A stretch of 32,000 nucleotides of DNA from Synechococcus elongatus PCC 6301. GTDB taxonomy: Bacteria; Cyanobacteriota; Cyanobacteriia; Synechococcales; Synechococcaceae. The stretch is taken from NCBI RefSeq assembly GCF_000010065.1, contig NC_006576.1, positions 1,200,001-1,232,000 on the forward strand, written 5' to 3'. The notes beneath the pieces were generated by a model that worked only from the letters and a program-made list of their open reading frames with translations, did not search any database and had not been told where the DNA came from. Position numbers and translations under genes: made by a program. Of the stretch, positions 25,699 through 32,000 are shown piece after piece; the stretch's first letter is position 1; each line of letters starts with the position of its first letter.

Positions 25699-26301
25699 GT
25701 GCTGCTCGTCATCGATAACTACGACAGCTTCACCTACAACCTCGTCCAATATTTGGGCGAACTGGCCAGCGACTATGCGATCGCCCAAGAAATTGTGGTG
25801 CATCGCAACGATCAAATTGATCTGGCCGGAATTGCAGCACTCAAACCAGATGCGATCGTGATTTCGCCTGGCCCGGGCCGTCCTGAGGATGCAGGCATTT
25901 CCATGGCCGCGATCGCTGAATTTGGTCCAACCACACCGATTCTGGGCGTTTGTCTGGGTCATCAAAGTATTGGGCAGGTCTACGGCGGTCAGATTGTTTC
26001 TGCGCCAGAGCTGATGCATGGCAAAACCTCACCCGTGCTGCATCACGATGTCGGCGTTTTTCAGGGGCTCGACAATCCAATCACGGCAACTCGCTATCAC
26101 AGCTTGGTGATCGATCGCGATAGCTGTCCAGCAGACCTCGAAGTAACCGCTTGGGTGGAAGACGGCACCATCATGGGGGTTCGGCACCGTCAATATCCTC
26201 ATGTGGAAGGCGTCCAGTTTCACCCAGAAAGCGTGCTCACCCAATCTGGCAAGCGGATGTTGGCAAACTTTTTAGCCAAAGTGCCGTCTCCTGAATGCTA
26301 G
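25699..26301 (+). CDS. trpG: Anthranilate / aminodeoxychorismate synthase glutamine amidotransferase component II
   Basis: [33 protein letters not shown] (catalytic Cys) and GVQFHPES (His/Glu) are class I GATase motifs. GTG start. Confidence 0.9.
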   Translation: MLLVIDNYDSFTYNLVQYLGELASDYAIAQEIVVHRNDQIDLAGIAALKPDAIVISPGPGRPEDAGISMAAIAEFGPTTPILGVCLGHQSIGQVYGGQIVSAPELMHGKTSPVLHHDVGVFQGLDNPITATRYHSLVIDRDSCPADLEVTAWVEDGTIMGVRHRQYPHVEGVQFHPESVLTQSGKRMLANFLAKVPSPEC

Positions 26302-26334
26302 GCTCTTAGCCGTGTCTGTGGCGGGTGTGAATTC

Positions 26335-27087
26335 GTGAAGCGTCGTCAGTTTTTGCAAGCAGCGGGCTGGGGAAGTTTGGGGGCGATCGCCACAACTTTG
26401 CCCCGAATTGCTGAGGCCCAAGCTAGTTCCCTGCAAATTCAATCCTTTGGCCACAGTTGCTTCCGCTTCACGGGTGGCGGCCTGCCCGCGATCGTTGTCA
26501 ATCCCTTTAAGCCAGGTGGCTGCACCGCAGGTTTACCGCTGCCTCGGCAGTCAGCAGGCGTTGTGCTAATCAGTAGTCGTTTGCTGGATGAAGGCTACGC
26601 CGAAGCCATTACAGGTAATCCTCGCATTCTCTTTGAAGCGGGCGTCTATCGGCTGGGTTCGTTGCAGATTCAAGGGGTGAAATTGCCCCACGATCGCCTC
26701 GGGGGTCGCCGCTTTGGCAATAACGTCGCTTGGGGCTGGTCTCAAGCGGGATTATCAATCCTGCATCTAGGCGGTGCGGCTGCCCCGATCACCATCGAGA
26801 ACCAAATCCTGTTGGGTAGTCCTGACGTACTGTTGATCCCTGTCGGCGGTAGCCCCAAGAGCTACAACCCAGAAGAGGCTAAAGCCACGATCGAGTTGCT
26901 CAAACCTCGATTGATTATTCCGACCCAATACCGCACCAGTGCAGCGAATAAGGACAGCTGCGAGTTGGGGCCGCTACAACCATTCCTCGAACTGATGCAG
27001 GGCACACCCGTTCAACGTCCGGGCAGTACTGTCACGCTACAGAAGGCCAGCATCCCGAAAACCGGCTCGCGAATCATTGTGCTGTAG
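26335..27087 (+). CDS. Tat-exported MBL-fold (metallo-beta-lactamase-like) protein
   Basis: Twin-arginine signal MKRRQFLQAAGWGSLGAIATTLPRIAEAQA. The mature start LQIQSFGHSCFRF and LLIPVGG resemble the UPF0173/MBL fold. A canonical HxHxDH motif is not evident. Confidence 0.6.
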   Translation: MKRRQFLQAAGWGSLGAIATTLPRIAEAQASSLQIQSFGHSCFRFTGGGLPAIVVNPFKPGGCTAGLPLPRQSAGVVLISSRLLDEGYAEAITGNPRILFEAGVYRLGSLQIQGVKLPHDRLGGRRFGNNVAWGWSQAGLSILHLGGAAAPITIENQILLGSPDVLLIPVGGSPKSYNPEEAKATIELLKPRLIIPTQYRTSAANKDSCELGPLQPFLELMQGTPVQRPGSTVTLQKASIPKTGSRIIVL

Positions 27088-27358
27088 CCAGCAGTCCGCA
27101 AGCAGATTAGGACAATCTAGTTCTGGGCTGGTGTAGAGTCAACAGCCTCTATCCGTGGGGGTGATTGCGCCCCCCATACATCCACCGGGAGACTCGACAC
27201 CCCCAGTTCCTTTCAACAAGATTGCAGTTGAGACTTGCAGCAGCGATCGCTACCGGTAAAACTAGCTGGTCCTGACCATGGGTTAGAGGTTAATCGGCTC
27301 AGGCAACAACGTCCTAACATATTTGCCCTATGCAAGCAGATTAAGCCCCACAGCCAGC

Positions 27359-27390
27359 AAAAAGCAGTCCAACCCAACGGAAGGACTGCT
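27359..27390 (-). terminator. Rho-independent terminator of the invA-DUF4079 transcription unit
   Basis: AAAAA(27359-27363, overlapping the stem by 1 nt) AGCAGTCC(27363-27370) - 12-nt loop - GGACTGCT(27383-27390). On the minus strand the hairpin is followed by TTTTT. It lies 42 nt downstream of the DUF4079 stop. Confidence 0.68.
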
Positions 27391-27431
27391 TAAAAGCGAC
27401 CTGATTGAATTGCGATCGCGGCGATTCGGCT

Positions 27432-27890
27432 CTAGTGGCGAGCGATGATGCGCTGCACAATATCCATTCCCGTGACAGCCTGCCAAGCAAACAGGCCAAC
27501 AATCACGGTGTTGAGGGCGATGTGGGTGCCCCGCGCTAGCTCATTACCTTTTTGCATGAATGGGGACAGCGCTGCGGAAATAGCGATCAAACCGGCCATG
27601 CCCAAACCGGCCAGTAAGTGAGGGCCAACAAACAACTTGCCGTTATTGATGTAGGTGACAGCCATGCCGCCCACAGTCCCTAAGACCATCAAGGCGAGAA
27701 TGAGTGAGCCCCACTGGAAGTGCTTTTGATTCACTTTGGCTTGAATCAGTTTCTTTTTCTCTTCCCCAGTCGCCGACCGCAGTTGGCGCACTTGGAAGCC
27801 GAGATAGCCCGCATAGAGGCTGACTCCCAGCAAAATCCACATCAATAGTGGATGGCCAAAGTTGAGATAAAACTTGAGTTCGTCTGACAT
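27432..27890 (-). CDS. DUF4079-family membrane protein
   Basis: 152 aa with four TM helices. HPLLMWILLG...KHFQWGSLILALMVLGTVGGM...GPHLLAGLGMAGLIA...THIALNTVIVGLFAWQAVTG resembles the cyanobacterial/plant DUF4079 family (His residues in the TM helices). Confidence 0.68.
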   Translation of the reverse strand: MSDELKFYLNFGHPLLMWILLGVSLYAGYLGFQVRQLRSATGEEKKKLIQAKVNQKHFQWGSLILALMVLGTVGGMAVTYINNGKLFVGPHLLAGLGMAGLIAISAALSPFMQKGNELARGTHIALNTVIVGLFAWQAVTGMDIVQRIIARH

Positions 27891-27956
27891 GGCGTGTTCT
27901 CCTCGCCGGGCTAGGACAGGCTACTGCCTGCTCGGCAGCAAAGGTCTTCACAAATC

Positions 27957-29348
27957 TTAGGGTAAGCCCCGCAGACTCAGCAGTTGAATGCCCTGGGGCT
28001 GCGAGAGCAGTGCGTGATTCAGCAGCAATCCCGTAAACGTCCAAGTCTGATAACGGCAGGCGCGAGTAGCAATCTGGACCGAGTCCTGACCCTCGTAGTA
28101 CTCTGGCCACTCATCGCCAGGGAGTTGCTCGCACTGCTGAGTGTGGTAGTGCTGAAGCTTATTCAGCCAGACCTGACAGAGATTGCGATCGCCTCCCCGC
28201 TGTTGGTAGTGCAAGACCGCCGCACTGAGATACCAAAGCAGGGATGGCCAACTACCACCGTTGTGATAGGACCAAGGCTGATTTTTAGGATCGCAACCCG
28301 TCAGGATTTTCCACGCCGATCCGGTTAAAGCGGGATAGCAGAGCCGCAACGGCACTTGGCCCAAAATCTGGGCTTCGTTCTGCAAAATCAAGCGCAGAAT
28401 CGCACCCTGCTGATTGAGCGGAAGCACATCGAAAACGATCGCCAGCAAATTGCCAAGGCTAAAAAAGCGGAAGTCAGGACGTCCTGCCCGTATGTTCCCT
28501 AGGAAGTAGCCACCCGACTCACCCAGCCAAGGTTCAACCCAGTCAGGGATGGCGATCGGCTGAATGTTGTAGGGGTTATGGCTGCGATCGCCAAATTCTT
28601 CGGTGGGCCACTGCTGCCAGCGTCGCAGGCGATCGGGCGTCACCCAGTAGTGCCAGCAGAGATACTGCCGCAGGCGACGGGCTTGCACATGGGCAGCATT
28701 GGCCGCTTCGGTGTATTGCAGCAACTGCCCACAAGCCCGCAGTGCCCCGTAGAGCAGGACTTGAATTTCTAAAGGTGCGCCCGCCACATCCAATGGACGA
28801 CCGACCATGAAGGCCCCATCGGGCACCTCGAGCAGTGGGTTTTGGTTGAAAACCGGACGCAGCAGGAAAGCCAGCAACCGCTGTAACCCCTGCTGAACAG
28901 TCGGACTGTGGACAAAGGCATCATCATGGGAGGCCCGCCGATAGGCCTGTAGCAGCACCGGCCACCAAAGGCTAGGGTCAGCAGAAACCACCCGCCCGAT
29001 CGCCCGCTGACCATAGTCAGCAACGCAGTGGGTTTCCTCACAGACGAAACTGGTCGGCAGAATGCCATAGGTTTGCAGTGCCTGGCTCTGGAGAGAAAGC
29101 GACAGTTGCAAGAAGTCGCGGACAACGTCAGTTTTGCCCTGCAACAGCAGGTAGAGCATCACCGGCACGTTGTCGCGAATAAAGATTTCGCGGTAGTTCG
29201 CTGCCGCCAACTCCTGATCTTCAGGCAGTGCCGCGATCGCCCCCGCCCACTGATCGTGATAGCGAACCAAGGCCCGATCCCAAAGTAACTGCTCCGCTGT
29301 TTGCAGCGCGGTCTGCAGCGTAGCGGGCAGCACAACAGAATCGGGCAT
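27957..29348 (-). CDS. invA: Alkaline/neutral invertase (glycoside hydrolase family 100)
   Basis: 463 aa. NYREIFIRDNVPVMLYLLLQGK, GAFMVGRPLDV, FFSLGNLLAI and YHNGGSWPSLLWYL are hallmark GH100 motifs. Confidence 0.88.
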   Translation of the reverse strand: MPDSVVLPATLQTALQTAEQLLWDRALVRYHDQWAGAIAALPEDQELAAANYREIFIRDNVPVMLYLLLQGKTDVVRDFLQLSLSLQSQALQTYGILPTSFVCEETHCVADYGQRAIGRVVSADPSLWWPVLLQAYRRASHDDAFVHSPTVQQGLQRLLAFLLRPVFNQNPLLEVPDGAFMVGRPLDVAGAPLEIQVLLYGALRACGQLLQYTEAANAAHVQARRLRQYLCWHYWVTPDRLRRWQQWPTEEFGDRSHNPYNIQPIAIPDWVEPWLGESGGYFLGNIRAGRPDFRFFSLGNLLAIVFDVLPLNQQGAILRLILQNEAQILGQVPLRLCYPALTGSAWKILTGCDPKNQPWSYHNGGSWPSLLWYLSAAVLHYQQRGGDRNLCQVWLNKLQHYHTQQCEQLPGDEWPEYYEGQDSVQIATRACRYQTWTFTGLLLNHALLSQPQGIQLLSLRGLP

Positions 29349-29385
29349 GGCAAAGTCCTGCGGGAGAACAGCAGTGGGTCAGACT

Positions 29386-30927
29386 TTAGTGGAGGAAGTG
29401 GCGCGTGCCAGTAAAGACCATCACAAGGCCAAGTTCGTTCGCCGCTGCAATTGAATCAGCATCACGCAGACTCCCGCCGGGTTGCACGATCGCCCGAATT
29501 CCAGCTGCCGCTGCGGTACGAACACTGTCATCAAAGGGAAAGAAACCATCGCTGGCAAGAATGGCACCTTGAGCGCGATCGCCCGCTTGTTCCAAGGCAA
29601 TTTTGACGGAACCGACCCGATTCATTTGACCGGCACCAATCCCGAGCGTGACGCCATTCGCCGTCACCGCGATCGCATTGGATTTGACATGTTTGACCAC
29701 CTTCCAAGCAAACAGCAACTCCTGCCAATCGGCTTCGCTAGGCTGCTGTTCCGTGACGACCTGCCAAGCATCAACGGTTTCCAGCTGATCATCGCTGTCC
29801 TGCACCAAGAATCCGCCGGCGATCGATCGCACAGTTTGCTGCGGACCGCTATTGAAATCTGCCAGGGTGAGTACCCGTAGGTTTTTCTTAGCTGCGAGAA
29901 TCTCAGCCGCTGCTGGCTCAACCGATGGGGCAACAATACATTCGAGGAAGGTGCCGGTCATCGCCGTTGCAGTTGCCGCATCGATCGCCCGATTCAGGGC
30001 CACAATGCCCCCGAAAGCAGAGACGGAGTCCGCGTCAAACGCTTTTTGATAGGCATCACTCAATGCCTCAGCTGTGGCGACTCCGCCGGGATTATTGTGT
30101 TTGAGAATCGCGGCAGCAGCGGGGCCATCCGCCGGGAACTCCGCAATAATTTGGCGTGCTGCCTCGAGGTCAACTAGGTTGTTGTAGCTCAGCTCTTTGC
30201 CCTGTAGTTGCTGCGCCGCTGCCCAACCGCTGGCCGTAGCACCGGTTTGATACCAAGTCGCCGCCTGGTGGGGGTTTTCGCCGTAGCGCAGGACTTGCAC
30301 CGGCTGAGCACTCAGTTGCAAGCGATCGCTGGTCGCTTCAAATTGCTCAGCGAGATAAGTCGCGATCGCCGCATCATAAGCAGCGGTGTGCTGGAAAGCC
30401 GCTAGAGCGCACTGCTGGCGGAACGCGAGGGGAATTTGTCCCTCTCCATCGGCCAGGGCCGTCAGATAGGGCTCGTACTGGCTGGGGTTAGTCAGAATCG
30501 TTAGGTGAGCATGGTTCTTGGCCGAGGCCCGCACCATTGCTGGCCCGCCGATGTCAATTTGCTCGATCGCATCTGCCAGCGTCACTTCAGGACGGGCGAT
30601 CGTGGCCTCGAAGGGATAGAGATTGACGACGACTAAGTCAAACGGCTGAATGTTGTTGGCCGCTAAATCTGCTTGATCCTCTTCGCGATCGCGGCGCGCC
30701 AAAATGCCGCCATGAATGCGGGGATGCAAGGTTTTGACTCGGCCACCGAGGATTTCGGGTGAGCCCGTGTGTTCTGCAACTTTCGTAACGGGGATACCTG
30801 CTTCTAGGAGTTGCTTGGCGGTGCCACCGCTACTGACAATCTGAAACTGAAAGCGATCGACCAGTTGACGTGCAAAATCAACGAGGCCAGTTTTATCGGA
30901 AACACTGAGCAGGGCAAATCGCGGCAT
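29386..30927 (-). CDS. purH: Bifunctional AICAR formyltransferase / IMP cyclohydrolase
   Basis: MPRFALLSVSDKTGLVDFA, GGRVKTLHPRIHGGILARR, and a C-terminal ...GGSLRDADSIAAANELGLVMVFTGTRHFLH. I prefer the ATG at 30927. Confidence 0.95.
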   Translation of the reverse strand: MPRFALLSVSDKTGLVDFARQLVDRFQFQIVSSGGTAKQLLEAGIPVTKVAEHTGSPEILGGRVKTLHPRIHGGILARRDREEDQADLAANNIQPFDLVVVNLYPFEATIARPEVTLADAIEQIDIGGPAMVRASAKNHAHLTILTNPSQYEPYLTALADGEGQIPLAFRQQCALAAFQHTAAYDAAIATYLAEQFEATSDRLQLSAQPVQVLRYGENPHQAATWYQTGATASGWAAAQQLQGKELSYNNLVDLEAARQIIAEFPADGPAAAAILKHNNPGGVATAEALSDAYQKAFDADSVSAFGGIVALNRAIDAATATAMTGTFLECIVAPSVEPAAAEILAAKKNLRVLTLADFNSGPQQTVRSIAGGFLVQDSDDQLETVDAWQVVTEQQPSEADWQELLFAWKVVKHVKSNAIAVTANGVTLGIGAGQMNRVGSVKIALEQAGDRAQGAILASDGFFPFDDSVRTAAAAGIRAIVQPGGSLRDADSIAAANELGLVMVFTGTRHFLH

Positions 30928-31261
30928 TGAAAATCCTAGGAGAAGCATTCAAACAGCAGTCTTCTCCAGCATAAAAGCAAATGACCAAGGCTTGATCGCG
31001 CGATCGCTTCTCTACTCAGCCAAGACAGTTGCGTATTGCTGATTTTCAGTCATCTATTCCAGTCATTTTCAGCTAGCAAAAACCAACTGAAGTCAAGCAG
31101 AATTTCATAATTTTATGACATCAAAAATAGCCTGCAATCACCTTCTGCGATCGCTTAAGTTCAACGAACGTTAGGAGTGAGATCTGAGCAACTTCAGCAG
31201 AGTGCTCAAACCCAATCTTGGTCAGCAAGCGTTTTGATAGCTTCTAGACTCAGCGCAGCCC

Positions 31262-32000
31262 TTAGCGATCCAGCGCGTAGACCTGACCATCAATCAGCAA
31301 ACAGTGAATGCCCTTCGCTTGCAGCCAGCGCGTAGTTTTTAACAAAATCTGGCTGTCGGGCAGTTTGATCACCCGTTGATTGCGCTTACAAAAACGCTTA
31401 GCGGTGCGGGGATTATCAAAGAGCGGCAATGCTTGGGCTTCCGCATGATCCGCCTCTACCGTTCCTAATTCCGCCAAAGTTGTCAGGGAACAGGTGACCA
31501 AATCCGCTGTGCGATCGACAACGACATAGCTAGTGCGGGGGAGGGGTGCAATGCCTAGGGGTAAGAGTTCAAGGGTCGCCGCAGCCTCTGTGCGATCGCT
31601 GTCCCCATCAGCCGCAAGATCGTCTTCGTCGAACACGAGTTCATCGTCTTCGCTGTCATCATCCCCAAATTCATCTGCATCTTCGATCGCAGCAACTCCG
31701 CCCCGCAAATCATCAGCGGTTAGTTCTAAATCGATCGCGGTATTACTGATGTGTTGGGTTGCAGCAGTGGATTGTCCGGGTTCAATCTCTGGCTCTGTTT
31801 CTGAAAAGATCGCCGCTTCCGTGAAGGGGGTTTTCGGAATTGGGCGTGGCCGTTCCGGCGCAGGTTTCGGCTCTGAGATTGGAGTGGGGGGTGGGATCGC
31901 TTCCTCTCCAGTCACCGGCTCGGGCGTTTCTACAGCTAGCGGGGCAAAAAAAGGCGCACTGATGCTAATCGCCTCAGGTTTGTTCGGCAGTTCCGGCGTT
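31262..32000 (-). CDS. Hypothetical protein, 5' end outside the window (proline-rich, then a highly acidic tract, then a ~95-aa globular C-terminus)
   Basis: The track gives 31262-31915 from a GTG. My hand translation shows the same frame stays open to position 32000 (..TPELPNKPEAISISAPFFAPLAVETPEP-V-TGEE..), so the gene probably starts beyond the window. No family recognised. Confidence 0.5.
   Translation of the reverse strand, partial: TPELPNKPEAISISAPFFAPLAVETPEPVTGEEAIPPPTPISEPKPAPERPRPIPKTPFTEAAIFSETEPEIEPGQSTAATQHISNTAIDLELTADDLRGGVAAIEDADEFGDDDSEDDELVFDEDDLAADGDSDRTEAAATLELLPLGIAPLPRTSYVVVDRTADLVTCSLTTLAELGTVEADHAEAQALPLFDNPRTAKRFCKRNQRVIKLPDSQILLKTTRWLQAKGIHCLLIDGQVYALDR

Noticed and set aside
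27643-28110. A 155-aa minus-strand ORF bridging the invertase 3' end and the DUF4079 gene.
   Set aside because: It is out of frame with two well-supported genes, and it is Arg/Ser/Ala-rich like a shadow ORF.
31100-31125. A short palindrome TCATAA-tt-TTATGA and the nearby CAGTCAT / TTTTCAG word repeats in the purH upstream region (31045-31120).
   Set aside because: These are 6-bp arms in AT-rich DNA, easily produced by chance. No convincing promoter hexamers are associated, so they are not reported as a regulatory site.

Overview
Identity and overall content: this is a chromosomal, mostly core-genome segment of a Synechococcus elongatus-type cyanobacterium. That assignment rests on the very high density of the HIP1 palindrome GCGATCGC, a D1:1-type psbA and the gene order; I recognised these from memory and ran no search. 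I support about 36 protein genes.

Gene order, left to right:
- dxs (partial), a secreted Cys-rich protein, cimA, an ABC ATPase, scpB, a DUF760 gene, psbAI.
- A small hypothetical, a secreted 3x-repeat protein, a MAPEG protein, an ATP-grasp protein, bioB.
- A DUF1257 / AAA+ (Ycf46-like) / RHH operon, a pentapeptide-repeat protein, a DUF39 (HcyBio-like) gene.
- tRNA-Leu(UAA) split by a 240-nt group I intron.
- ndhL, a DUF3007 gene, trpA, a BrnT/BrnA-like toxin-antitoxin pair, trpF, psaK, a DUF4168 gene, holA.
- prfB with its programmed +1 frameshift, a 59-aa membrane ORF, ybeY.
- A ~1.1-kb ORF-less AT-rich spacer.
- dgkA, trpG, a Tat-exported MBL-fold protein, a DUF4079 gene, a GH100 invertase, purH, and a partial acidic/proline-rich protein.

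Not seen: rRNA, CRISPR array, transposase or integrase.

Most worth a second look:
- The uncharacterised RHH-AAA-DUF1257 module, with a palindromic operator candidate and twin intercistronic hairpins.
- The HIP1-free ORF-less spacer that breaks the ybeY-dgkA cluster.
- The intron-split tRNA-Leu, which the ORF track hides under spurious ORFs.
- A frameshift-less in-frame copy of the prfB recoding-site flank, 145 nt upstream of the real site.
- The low-GC toxin-antitoxin islet between trpA and trpF.

Limits: all family assignments come from motif recognition by eye. No searches, folding or exact GC computations were possible.
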